This document shows positions 24,768-37,202 of a stretch of DNA of 64,000 nucleotides, in pieces. This stretch comes from Klebsormidium nitens (lineage: Eukaryota > Plantae > Klebsormidiophyceae), in the NCBI GenBank assembly GCA_000708835.1, contig DF237071.1:121945-185944 (forward strand), read 5' to 3'. The position numbers were made by a program, and so were the translations under genes. Below the pieces are notes generated by a model that was not told the DNA's origin, did no database searches, and was given only the letters and a program-made list of their open reading frames with translations. Position 1 is the first letter of the stretch. The number at the start of each line of letters is the position of its first letter.

Positions 24768-26932
24768 TCTTTCCCCCCGTATGCAAAGCGTGATATTAAA
24801 GCAAGCGGAGGATGACGATGTCAGCTCTCTCAACGATGCTGCGTTAAATCCCTGCATAGAAACAGAACGGAGTGAGAAGAAGCGACATGAACAAGTGGTA
24901 TGAAAGAAAAAGATCAAAATAAACACACAAACATGAGTGTCCCGACCTTTGCTTTTGAAATGCTTGAGATTCATAACCGGCCAGCATTTATTGAACAAGG
25001 CAACAAGCAACCACTACTAGCAAACAACACTTCAAATGCCCCAGGGAAACCCGACATAAGATCCATATTGATAACATTCTTGTTAACATTCGGCCCTGAA
25101 TAGCATTAATCCTTAGGGGTAAGCTCACTTTTGCACCTTAACTCAGTGTTAGCAATGCCCCAAACAACCGACAACAAAAGTAAGGCTGATCCATCTTTCA
25201 CATGCCACCAACGCATCAACAACCCGCAAGTCAATGACACTGCAAACCAAGCGGCATTCCCTCGTGCAGGCTGGTAACGCTCTTCCCAAATTAAGAGTAT
25301 GCAAGGGGCTTGAAAGAAACATGATCGAAGCATCAAAAGCTGTTCTATGGAAGGTCGCAGGCAGACCCCAAGTGTGCAAAAGAGGACTCTGACGTTTCAC
25401 AGTGGTGCCCTCAAAAAAGTTTGGAAAGTTCCGTTCAGTTGCTCTCAAACACCTTTCATCTCCACCAGCTTCAGAAACATGTATTTATAAGCTGTGGATT
25501 CAGCATTGCAAAAATATTGAATGAACCTTTCAACTTGCATATATCCGGCGTTCTTGTTAAGTCAAAATGATGTTGATAGACTTAGTCGCTTCACCAGATC
25601 ACACGAATCTTTGCTTTTACCGCAAGCTTGGCATGCTACAAGAAGAGATGAACCACTTTCTCCTCACCTGGAAGGATTGTCTGCTATTGCTTTGTTTGTA
25701 ACAAAGGCGCCTGGGCCCACTACACTGTCTTCAGCCTCAGCCTGAAACTTTCAGGCTTGCGCAAGTGAAAGAAACGCCCTTGAAAATGAAGATCTAGCAG
25801 CATCATTGTCATGCAAGACAAGACGTCCGACCTGCTTGCCCTCCATTTGATGGTCAAGATCATTCGAACAGTTTTAGTGCGAGGCTAGGGAGTCGGACTC
25901 CGTAGGCTCAGTTGGTTGGACGTCATGAATAATCTCTGCCGTCTAATTTCATATTCTCAGATCCGACGGATCTCTGCCCAGCGCGGCCGCGGCAGCCGCC
26001 CGCGCTATAGGGCGTTCGGCGGTCCGATCCGCAGCTAGCCTTGCTGTGCCGCCGTGCTGCATGTCCAGCCAGGATATGAAACCATCTAATTTTCAACATA
26101 TTAACACATGACAGAGGTAAGTTGAGTGAGTGAGTGGCGCTTGTTATGAGTAAGCCATGCATGCTTGCATGCAGAACAAGAAAGTAAATTCCAAGTAGAG
26201 TCTGCAGACTTATGGGGCATCATTTATAAGCTAGAGTGTGGTATACCTTGCGCAGCCGCGCAACAAGTTGTTGCACGGCTCAGTGATCTGCAAGCTGTGG
26301 CACGCTCGCACATAACTTGGCACCATATTATAGAGCGTAAAACTTGATCAGAACGAAGGAAAGACGTTGGATGAACTGTGACAAGCTCTCAGCTAACTCA
26401 AACCTGAGCGTGGCATAACTTGCGACTTGGTGAGAAACTTGAGTATCCACTGAACTTGTAGGTAAGGCCAGCTATGCATGCAGAGTCATAAGCGGGACAA
26501 TGAATGCAGACTGCACGATGCAGTTTCTGGCCGCTTGCCATGGGCGTTTGAAGAAGACCCATGCCAAATTCCAAGGAGCAAACCTTGAACTTGTAGCACC
26601 GGCAGACTCGAAACGAGTGTGGCTTTGACAAATCACCAGACAACAGGCCAGATTGATCGTGGAGAATCTTGGCGGTAAACTACGAGCGGGATCTTAGACG
26701 CCGGCTCCTTTCAAAATCGCCGATGCTCATAGATTGTCCCGTTGACATCGAAATCGCGATGTCTGCAAAGCTCTCAAGAACGTTTCCTGTCTGAGGCCTC
26801 TTCATCTATCTTACCGGTAATCAAGTTCCTTGACGCCTGTGCGCCTCGCCAGTTCTTGCTGTTCGCTTCTGAGGGTAAGTGTCATAAAAGTGTTGCGCGT
26901 GCATATTGTACAAACAAAAGCTTCACCACGTC

Positions 26933-29900
26933 CTACTTTCTGTCGACCAACCAGGAACGCACTTTCCCGTCCGCCGCTCCGCTCCCAACACCTCTTTCCG
27001 TTGGCCATATCGCCAACGGAACGGTATCCTCGTGGTGGAAGATCTGAGTGCATGACCAGGTCGCAGTGCTCCAGGCTCTGCAGGACAAAAAAAAACTCAG
27101 ATACCTAAAAAGGGAAGAAGAAGAAGGGAAGAAACAGAACAAAAGAAACAATTACAACCCCGTGCGTACATCCGAGAACATCCAGCTCTTTGCGTCAAAC
27201 CTGCCGTCGAGTCTCAAATCGCTCAAGCGTGGTTCCTGATTTTGCACCGTCCAATCGATTCTAAGAGAGAACTGAACGGCCAAAGATCAGGGACCATGCT
27301 CGGAGAACTTGGCACCCGATGGCAAGTCGACACAAACAGCTGTAGTGTCCGTGCTTGTGCTAAAAATGGAAATCGTGGAACGTCACACGCAGGGTCTAGT
27401 CCAAAACGGACACCCAAGGCCTTGTTTTCAAAGGGTCCAATCCATTCGAGCTTTGACGTACGCTTGTAAGTATCATTCTAGATCTCGCGTCTGACACAAA
27501 TTCTACCAACCACAAACAACGACAAAGGCCGGAAGACATTGAAAAATCCCATCGTCGTGTTCAATTTGCGATGCCAAACGGTGCGGGGAAAAACGAGGAG
27601 CAGGGAAGAGGGAAGAATGGACAGAACTTAGGAACATGACAACGACGGTATGGCATTCTCCACCAATCCGTGGCCAAGACGGAACGTATATCGGCAAAGA
27701 CGTAATGGGACCAAACACAAGATCACCCACCGTATGGTCCCGTCGGCAGATGCGCTGTAAAAGCGGCCGCCGAAGCCCCCGCAAAGCGCCAGCACATCGT
27801 CCGCATGGCCCTTCAAAACGCGAACGCACTCCCGTGTGTCCGTGTCCCATACGCGGACGCTGTTGTCGCGGCCGCCGCTCAGGAGCCAAAACCCGCCGTC
27901 CGGAGCGTCTGAACGCTCCTCCTGGCCGTCCGATGGGCTGGTCGCGGCGTCCGAACCGTTCGATCGCTCTTTCTGGGCGTCCGCATCGGGTCCGGAGGAG
28001 GGCTGTTTTTGGACGTCCGCGAGCGCCATGACGGCGCCGGCGTGCCCGTACAGGCTGGCCTTGTGCTTGCCGGCGTCGAGGTCCCAGATCTGAGGCGACA
28101 AAAGCGGGTCTCATGTATAACCCACATCAACTTTACTTCAGACGACAAAGTTAACCCCGTAAACGATGTCCGCGTTGAGACCTGTGGGCGGAGTGAGAAC
28201 ATTGTTCTGGGTTTGATTCTTTTCATTTGCATTTTTAAGCTGCCCCTTTAATGTTCGGACAAACCTTTCACTTCCGCGAGCTGTTATTTTAAAAAAACTT
28301 TTATAAAACGCAGTCACCTCTAAAACGAATCCCGGTTTTTTTTTGACCGGAAGGAAGGCGGTCGAGTCCGCACCAAGCTGACCAAGAATGTTCGTGCTGT
28401 CCTTGTTCAGAGTCTGTTGAGATTGGCGTCATGTGATTGGCAAACTAGCCCCGAGGCCACTCTCGAGGCCCCTTAAACGCAGGAAGAACATGTTGTTTTT
28501 CGAGGGCCTGTTCGATACGAGTCAGAAAGGCGGAGGAACCAGTGTATCGTCAAAAGCCGTAAAGTTTGCACCGAATGCAGTGCGGAATGGCGCTGCAACA
28601 TGTTGAACCTGCAGTTAACGAGAGTAAGATCTGCCCGAGACTGGGATTTGCTGGACTTCACACTTTCGACAGCTTCTTTGCGGCAGATTCGACGGTCACG
28701 TTCCTTCTCCCGCTTCGACTTCTTCAATACAAAGGGTTTTAAGAAAGGCGGGCAGCACGAATGCCAATCGGATATTTACCTTCACGGCTGCATCCCCAGC
28801 GGCACTGAACAGCCACCGGCCCCTGACAACCACCGCGTAGACGGTGGACACGTGTCCTCCCGTCAGCGCGTCCGTCAGGAGCGCGCGCGCGCGCACCAGC
28901 TCACCCTTCTGCTCGCCCACCGTGGCCTCGCTGTTCTGCGTGACGCCGTCGGCGCACGCTTTCTCCACGTGGATGCTGACGTCACGGGGACCACCGATGA
29001 CGACACCTTTTGACGACAAACAACGAGAGGCGGCGTCAGCAAACAGTTCCGGAACCGATGGCAGCTCTAACGCGGTGATGCTACCTGCAGAGACCGTTCG
29101 AGATTCGCATTAGTGCAGATTGCAATGACTTTTGAGCATGCATCTGGAGACCCCAAACCAGGCGGACCGCAGAACCACGAATTGGCTGGGGGACGACCAA
29201 GAATCACAGCGCTGCCGTTAGAATCTGAGGACAAAAATGAACGCACGTGATCTTTTGTTTGCATTTGGTTACGCACGGTTTGCTGAACCTCAATATTGTG
29301 AGCCGGTCCTGCCAAAGTTTGCGGTTCCCTGGCTAAAGTTTGCAGATCGAAGTCCGTAATTTGATTTCGGATGCGCGCTGGGATTTCGACCATCGCAAGG
29401 TTCCGCTGTCCGCCTGAAACCCTCAGCACCCAATTTCAGTGACTTAAGTGCAACTTGAACCATTCTGAGAGCTTGAAACTTTGGACGCTTTTTTTGGAAG
29501 ACCAGAGCTCGTTCTTCCAAAGCATATGCACACAATGATGCAACGCATGGCCCCTTGACCCTGAGAGGCGTACATTTGGCGAAAGGATTTGCTGGACTAT
29601 AACGAGCTAGTTGAAGCCGGACTTCGACACTTAGAAACCAAGCTTTCGGGACGGGAAAGATGCCTCGCACGCGCACGTTTATGCGGCCGTGAATACCAGC
29701 ACAACGTGACTTTTTTGCAATACCACGCGCGCGCGATTTCAGCGCGCAAAAACGTGCGCAAGGGAGGATGCGCGCGCACCTTTAGCAGCCGCGAGCGCCA
29801 GCACGTCGCCGTCGCTGTGGTGACGTGTGGAGAGGAGGCGCGGCCGCGCGCGCGCGGCGCCGTCGGGGCTTGTCAGGTCCCACTCGTTCACAACCTGGAC

Positions 29901-32900
29901 GCAGAATAAGCAAGCAGGTCTCACGTCAGCAAAAATCCCGTTGCCAAGGGAATCTTGTCATTCAAAAGTTACCGTTGCTGGGAGCCGCAGAGTAGACAGC
30001 ATTAAAAACATTGGCGGGGGAGATATCAATAACAATGAGAGGCACAGGGGAAGACAAGATTTGTAAAGGGTTTGGAAGTAACAAGGGTCGCCCAGATGAA
30101 CCTTCCTATGCGCAAAAGCTGCAGTTAGTGAGGTACTCCATTTCTTCTAAAGAACCAAGGAACACAATGGAAGAGGAGAGGGGAAACCAAACAATTTGTC
30201 GAAGTTGGAAAGAGGCAAAGAATCCGACAGCGCAAAGCGTCGCAGACAAAGCAAGCGAGCGGAAATAAGAGAGACAGCAAGAAACGCAAGACCGCTAGAG
30301 AAACAGAAGTCGACCGCAGGTAGGATGCAATGAAAAGAAGAAGCGGCGGCACGAGTGACTCACTCGCATGCTGCTGCTGAAGAGGCGGCCATCGGCTACC
30401 GCCAGAGAAAACACCGCATGGCTGTGGTCGTCAAGTGTGTGCAACAGCTTGCCTGCAAGACGGATGACGGGACCAGTTCCAAACCTGACATGTGGCATGG
30501 GCGGATAGACGTCAATCTGTGAGGACTACGATGTCATATGTAGACTGCTGCTACAGGGCAGCATCTTGGACTTCAAGATGAGCTCCACTGAGATTTGATA
30601 TCGGCCGAGCGCTTCGGAGAGTGCTTTGAAATAGTGGTTATCAGCATCCCGAAGTGCATACGCTCGGCCTCGGAACTTATAAAAAGCCTCCAAAAGTTGC
30701 CAGAATGATTTCGAGGAGCTGTACACAGCCTCAAATAGTTGTCAGCCCAAAATGTTAAGTGCATTGAACCATTGTCCTCCAGTGCGAGTAGCTCAGCCAT
30801 TCTGAGGTGGATGTCTGTTTGTGCGGCATAAATTGCCACGCAAACTTTGGTCGAAACAACGGGACGATCGTCTGCGAATCCGAAGTGTTTCCCGCCTCAC
30901 GAAAGATCCACAAGTCTTGGCTCCTTGAACGACTCCTCCTAGGAACAAAACAACGTCTTTCTTCGAAAGGACGGGTACGAAACGATTACATCGCTCTTGA
31001 AAGAACTACAATCAGATTTTACCACGAGCGCTTATGAGCGCTTCAGATTTCCGCTCAGAGAAGAAACACCATGTCCCGCAACCAGTCTGTTGCGCCCACC
31101 TGTCTGCAAATCGAACACGTGGATTGTCCCAGCGGGACTCCCCGAGAAGACACGTGTCCCGTCCGCAGCCACCGACAGCACGCTCTGCCCCGTCTCCTCG
31201 AAAATCGTCTCGGGAGCCGTTGCGACCGGTACGTCCTCCCCGGTGGCAAACGAAGGCCGCTTTAGGGCCCGGGGGATCCCCCCGGGCGCTTGTTGGAGGG
31301 CCTGCGGGGCGTTGTCGGCGATCGACTGGTCCAGCGCGCGGAAGCAGCGGGTCACGTGGTCTTGGACCTGTGACGTCAGCATGACGGGTCGGTTAGGCGC
31401 ACTTGGTTCTTCGAAGTCTTTCCCTTGAACAAGCACGCGCCAGAGTCTTTATTCTGGATAGGACTCCTCGTCTCTGCGTCTCGTCTAGGTTTGAACTACC
31501 CCCTCAGAACTTGCAAACGAGCTATAATACGGCGTGTTCCGGACGCTCGTGCTGCCGTGAGTACACCGGAACGATGATCAGCGAGCGGAACAAAGAGTCA
31601 AACCAATTAGAAGGCAGCTTTTCATGCTGGCCAAAAAGTACGACTTCCCTCGCCCGGCCCTTGCGGTCGATCAGAAGCACCAACACGTGTCCGTAAAGCT
31701 GCCCTCAGAGTCCAATCAAAGGAATCCTCAACGATTATCCGGTCCAGTCATGGGAAGAACTTGTGCACCTCCAAAGATTCTGTCTATCTCTCCTAAGCAC
31801 GCTAGTGCCCTCGAAGCTGCCGTCCATCGACAAAGTCTTCGTTCGGGTTCTGCCTTTTGCAACCGGCCTAATCCTCGGGCTCCTACGCACAGTTAAATGG
31901 AAGCACAAGAGTATCAGGACACTGCATTGAAAGTACGCTCACATCACACAGGTTATGACGACCAGAAGGAGAAGGAAAAAAGCTGCTTGAAATCTTCGAT
32001 GTGAACAGATCCTCACCTCCGGGCTCTTGCAATCATTTGAGAGTCCCAGTGTGTCCATGAGGCTGCCCTCGGAGTGCATTCACATCACAAGGAAATTCCA
32101 AAACCTCTTTTTAATTTGTGGTGTGAAAAGGTCCTCACCTCTGGGCTCTCGCAGTCGATCGGGAGTACTAGTGTGTCCACAAAGCTGCCCTCCGAGTGCA
32201 TTAACACCACCATGTGGTTAGGAGGGACCTGTGCCCAGTCGGCCACCTCGTCGGTTAGCGGCTCCGACGCCACTAACCCTAACCGGCTCCGTTTGTCGTG
32301 GTACTCCAAACGGAAGTCTGCGGACGCCTCCTTCTTCCTGCATTTAAAAAGAGGAACACGTGTCGTCGTTTGAAAGGCAGTGCGGTTCCAAAACTGACTT
32401 CGGGATGACGGCTGAGCGTTGATAGCTTTGACAAGCGGGCTGAAAATTTCCTGGATATCTCAACTGTTGTTTGCTTCGTGAAAGAGGGGTCCGATCCGCG
32501 GTCAGCACATAATCTGAAACACCAAACGGCAAAGAAGGTTGACTTCATTCTCTGCTGAGCAGGAACTTTAAAATTTTGAAGTACAGTTTGAGACTTGGCA
32601 GCTATGAAGCCCTGAGACTGATCAAGGTCTGTAAAGCGCCCAGCCCTTCGTGCAAAAATATTATGCTCGAGGACTAGGGCGACTACGTACACTATTGCTG
32701 GTGGAGCAAGAAGACCACATCAAAACATTGGTAGTCCTGTGCACCTTGTAGAGCGGAACCCCTCGCCTTGCTGATGCCGCGCTCTGGCGTGTTCTTATTT
32801 GGAGCGGCGAAAATCAACCGATAGACACGGTTCTGACACCACAGCCTTCGACGGTCGATCCAGAAAACCAATTCGATCGTCTTACGTTCAATTCATAACT

Positions 32901-35167
32901 TTTTTTGCTGTTCTTCTTAGTTCTGTCACATGAGTTGTACACCAATTGCGCACCTTCTGAAAGCGGACCCGGTTGCATAGTGCAGCGACGCAGGCTCATC
33001 CGTAGCATTCGTGTACCGCGCCGCGACAACCGTCCGACCGTCCGACACGACGAAGTTGAGCATGCTGGTCTCGTCGCCACGCCCGTTCTGGACTGCCACG
33101 TGGCGAATGGTGGCGATGGTAGCGGCCATGAGGGGCGCCAGGGCCGTTGGCGCGAGTTGAACCATTGGGTCGTCGAGCTGGAAACGCGGGTCAACGTAAT
33201 TCTCAAGCCACCGTCAAGCTGGAAATTGGAGTTCGATCATGATCACGAGAAGCGAGTCCAAAAAGCTTGCAAAGAATATCGTACTCGCTATACTAAATCA
33301 AATTGACCGTTCAAATTGCAGTTAACCAATCTGCACCTAGTACAGACTTTTGATGCACAAGAAGGAACTCAACTGACGTTACTGTGTTCTCGAACGATGA
33401 CAAAAAAGCAAAACGACAGGTAGGAGGTAAGGTCGACTGAAGAGGACTCGACTAAGTTAACGATTCGTTACTAGTTGGAAATTGAGAAGCTTCCGTTCCC
33501 ATCATCCTTCTCCCTCCGTATAAGATTGCCTTAACTTCTAACCCTACCTGGTTAAGGAAGACTGCAAAGGCAACCGCAGTGTCCGACTCGAAGCAGGGGC
33601 ACTTCTGCGCGACTTCGGGACGCAGTGCGTTTAGCAGCGGCAGGCGCAGCGCGCTGAAACCGCCGATCTCGCCGTTGTGCATCCACATATAGCGGCCAAT
33701 TGAGAAAGGCTGCACATTGAAGAGAATTCTTGCTTCTTGCAGGGTTGATTGGAGACTGGAGCTTGAAAAGCTCACGGACTTGCGAGAGAAGCTGCAATTG
33801 GATACTCAACCGGCTCGTCTCTATGGTCTCTATGGTACAGAGATGGAAGCCAGGAAAGAGTGACAAGTCTGCAAGAAAAGCAGGGGTTTTCAAACCACCG
33901 GTGTCGGCGTTGTGCAGACAGATGTAGCGGAGGCAGCACGGGCTAATACACTCAAAAAAAGAAGAGAGCTAGGCAGCTTTTTCTTCAGCACATTATAGGA
34001 CAGATGGACGACTGGAGCCGTGAACTTTTCAACTAATGCATAATCAGCAGTGACTGCAAAGCGTTATTTGAACCTGGAACATTTTCCCAGAGTTGCTCTG
34101 ATTCTCTTTGGCTACTTAAGTGCAACTGAAGCATATAGTTGCTGCATAGGACTCAATGAGGAGAATCAACTCGAGGATCTGCAATGAACCACTTCCAACA
34201 GATAATCAGACAAACTGTACAATTTCAGAGTACATCAATCACTTCTTACCCCCAGATCAGCACTTACATGGCACTTCATCTGGACAACAGGTGTCCCAAC
34301 CATTGCAGCCCGGACGTGTGCAAAGATGAGGGGCGAAACAATCTTTGGTGTGATCCTTTCCAAATTTACGTCGTTCCATGCCGGGCTGATGCTAGTGTAG
34401 ATGCCTGGAGTCACATCTCCGTCTTTGCGCTCAACTTCACGGGCGTACCAACCGATCCCTGAAAAGTACACGAGGTGGGAATTGGAATTCTTGCTATGCT
34501 TTGAACATCTTCAAAGTAAGTTTTCGGGAATGCACAAAGAAAGCCGTTTGCAACCACTCCTTACCAGCTGCTAGGTTACTGAAAGGAATGAAAGTTTTTT
34601 CTTTTGCTACTCGTTTTAAGCTGAAGCTGACAAGCAAAGAAGAAGCTTGATTAGAGCCATGGTTGTCACCGAGCAATTAAAGCCACATCCCGCATGGAAT
34701 GACTGCCAACTTGCAAATGTGATGAGCAATTTCGCATAGCGAATGCAAAGCCACCGTCTAGAAAGCAGAAGCTCCTGGAAAGATGCATCATCTGAGGCAA
34801 CCTCTGAGAAGCTCAGGACAGAGCTTCACGTCTAGGGGCACTAGCTCTTTCTCAGTGGATGTCCGTAGTTGGCAAGTGGCATTGCAAATGATAGTGCAAC
34901 AAAAGTCGAGTTTCCGCTCTCCAACAGAATTGAGATAACCAACATAAAAGAAAGGAAGCGGGTGTTAGTAAGTCCCACTGCTACTTATAAAAATCCAAAG
35001 TAACACTCACCACAACCATCAGCGTTGATGGACAGAGGAATGTATCCTGGGCCCCCTGTTAACCGCTCTCTGGCTGCAAAGGACTGCTTCATGACTGAGT
35101 GGCTGGGGCGAGTGACCAGGTCAGCGACCACAATAGGGTCCCCCAGATACACCATAAGGCGACACAT
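26933..35167 (-). CDS. DUG3: DUG3/EgtC-like class II (Ntn) glutamine amidotransferase fused to C-terminal WD40 repeats, 737 aa
   Basis: Exons 35167-35011, 34458-34268, 33709-33548, 33177-32954, 32337-32139, 31367-31100, 30452-30364, 29894-29780, 29084-28780, 28089-27731, 27077-26933. All GT-AG, phase-consistent, 2214 nt. GATase motifs: MCR (Cys2), TRPSHS, NADG, PAWN, FAHVRA, CHPF, MHNG, VASEPL. WD40 motifs: GTIHVFD, HSHAVFSLAV, AAVKIWD, GHAGAVMAL, SGGRDNSVRVWD, GHADDVLAL, SASADGTIRAW. The symbol marks the domain family, not proven orthology. The junction between exons 8 and 9 may hide a small exon. Confidence 0.85.
31662..32080 (-). repeat. Two intronic copies of the 3' end of GATase exon 5; the nearer copy keeps a GTGAGG donor
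   Basis: 32011-32080 vs 32133-32202 is 57/70 identical at offset 122. A more decayed copy lies at about 31662-31713. Confidence 0.8.
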
Positions 35168-36698
35168 GCTGGCAATTGCACTAAAACGGCTTCAATTTGG
35201 ACTTTCAAGCTGCTGGGGTAGTCCTGTGCGTCGCAAACTACAAGCAGTTGGCAGGCACTACTTCTGTGGCTTTTGCCTGTGTAGTGAAGTGATGTTCTCT
35301 GAGCTCTAGGTCCAATTGTTGTTAGCAATCGAGTTGACTCAAGGCTGATGCACGTCTGCAAGAGCATTCAGCGTCTTGCTACAGCGCTGGGGACATCAGC
35401 GGGCCGTTTGAAGGTGACGCCTCGCTACCTCAACACAAAGTCATGCATGCAGTTTGTAAGGCGCCCCTTGATTTGTGTGAGCTGCAGCCCTCTTTGAAAA
35501 CGCTGAAAGGAGAGCAGGATCTTCTACGATTGCAGGAGAGGTCGATGATCGGTTGCGAGTTTGCAAGCAGCCGCAATGCTGCCACACGCTTTATTGCAGT
35601 TTGTGCACCTACATATGGCAGTGCGGCATGCAGCCCTGCCGAGGCCAGGGCCTCTTACTTAGCGGGCATGCATACGGTATGCATTCCCTTCCTTCACACA
35701 ACTGGCTGCTTGAAAAACTGCATCTCGTCCCTCCAATATCATCCTCTTCATTCTTGCGGTTTTCCTTTGTTCGACCAAGGCATGGAATGGTCCATCTCAG
35801 CCGTTGGATCTCAAGGAATGCCCTATCTTTTTCCAGCTCGGGGAAGCCTTATCAAAATTTGCAAGTAGAGAGCCGGTACTTGTTGGCACCTCAGCTTGAA
35901 AACCGTTTGCACACAAGATCGTTGCAGAGTCGGTTTGGAATTACTGTTGTGTTTATGGTGGTGTTAAGAGGATCTAGAACTCGTGAAAGCGACTGGCTCA
36001 CGGCTTCGGGAACCGTCCCCATCCGCAATCCTCTTAGCTTCGCGTTATTGCCTCAGCTGGCCCAGCGTGAACTAGGTTGGATTTAGATTGACCTTGATTG
36101 ACTTTTGGTCCAGCCTGGACGACCATTGTCCAGCCTTGGTCGCGACATCTGGCAAACAGCTGATGCTATCGGACGGTTGAAAAGTCATAACAACCTCCGC
36201 AAGACTCTCGACCGTAAGATATGCTGGAGTCAGATGGGCTGTTGCGAGGGGCTGCCATGCAGAGTTTCTCTGGGGACACCAGCAAGGCGCGTGAACAGCA
36301 AGGCGCTAGCTTCTCTGACGTGTTGTAGCATGGGGGTTCTCTAAGGCATACTTAGCAGACTTCCAAATCATGTCTGGGGACTTTGGACTGCTTGTTGAGA
36401 CGGCAATCCTTTTCTGCTCAAACTCAAAGAAAGGGCTGTGGATGTTGGTCTGGGGTCAAAAGAACGCTCTTGAAAATTCTCTCCTATTTGAGATTATGTG
36501 CCCTTCATTCCCTAAGTGATGTGAGCTCCAGAAGCGAACGCCATTTCGAACTCCAGGTAAAAGAAGAAGGGCAAGCTGCCATCAGCTACCCCTCATCCAG
36601 AAAGGGTGCCTTGGGACAGCGCTGTAACAGCGTGTATCACGTTGAGCAGTCATCTGGGGACAGGAACGGGCCAGCATGGTGCGGTAAAACTCCATCGC

Positions 36699-37202
36699 AT
36701 GGCAGAACGGAAGCGGGACAAGGGCCCCAGAGCAGGCCGAGCGGCAAAGATTCTCGATCCCTTCGCTGACGACCCCCTGAGCTTCCCTCACAGCCCTGGA
36801 GCATCCAGCACCGAGGACGCCCCCGAAACAGGTCCCAGGTTCCAGCCACAAAGCTCAAAGTTACCCCCTGGTAGCTTACCAGAACCATCACAAGAAGAGA
36901 TTGGAACTAGAGAGGAGAGTTTTACCAGTGCGGCGAGCCACCCGGTGGACCCCCTGGGGGGCCTCCGGACGAGCTTGGACAACCTGAACGTTACAGATAC
37001 GTCCACGTCCCCTCGGACGCCAGCCAGTGCAACTTTCAGGGTTTTGGGGGCTGACGAGGAGGAGCCGCAGACCCCCCCCGAGAGCATTCTGCGGGAGGGG
37101 CGCCAAAGGGAGGCGCCCGGGGCGCCAAAGAAGCCGCGCCGGCCATCGGGGTTTGATAAGGAGGCGATGGCTCGTGTGACCAAGAAGCTGGACTTCAAGT
37201 GA
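36699..37202 (+). CDS. 167-aa disordered protein with SIAMESE-related (SMR) CDK-inhibitor-like C-terminal motifs
   Basis: Open frame 36606-37202 with ATG at 36699 and GC-rich codon usage. Ends in PQTPPESILREGRQREAPGAPKKPRRPSGFDKEAMARVTKKLDFK*. The start codon is not proven. Confidence 0.55.
   Translation: MAERKRDKGPRAGRAAKILDPFADDPLSFPHSPGASSTEDAPETGPRFQPQSSKLPPGSLPEPSQEEIGTREESFTSAASHPVDPLGGLRTSLDNLNVTDTSTSPRTPASATFRVLGADEEEPQTPPESILREGRQREAPGAPKKPRRPSGFDKEAMARVTKKLDFK

Noticed and set aside
25885-25925. D-arm-like sequence (gtaggctcagttggttgga)
   Set aside because: No downstream T-loop and no acceptor-stem complement.
31032-31436. WD40 part as an independent gene starting at ATG 31382
   Set aside because: The ATG lies within a branch point/acceptor sequence (ctgacgtcacag), and the upstream GATase exon ends in a phase-matched donor without a stop. 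Disfavoured but not excluded without cDNA.
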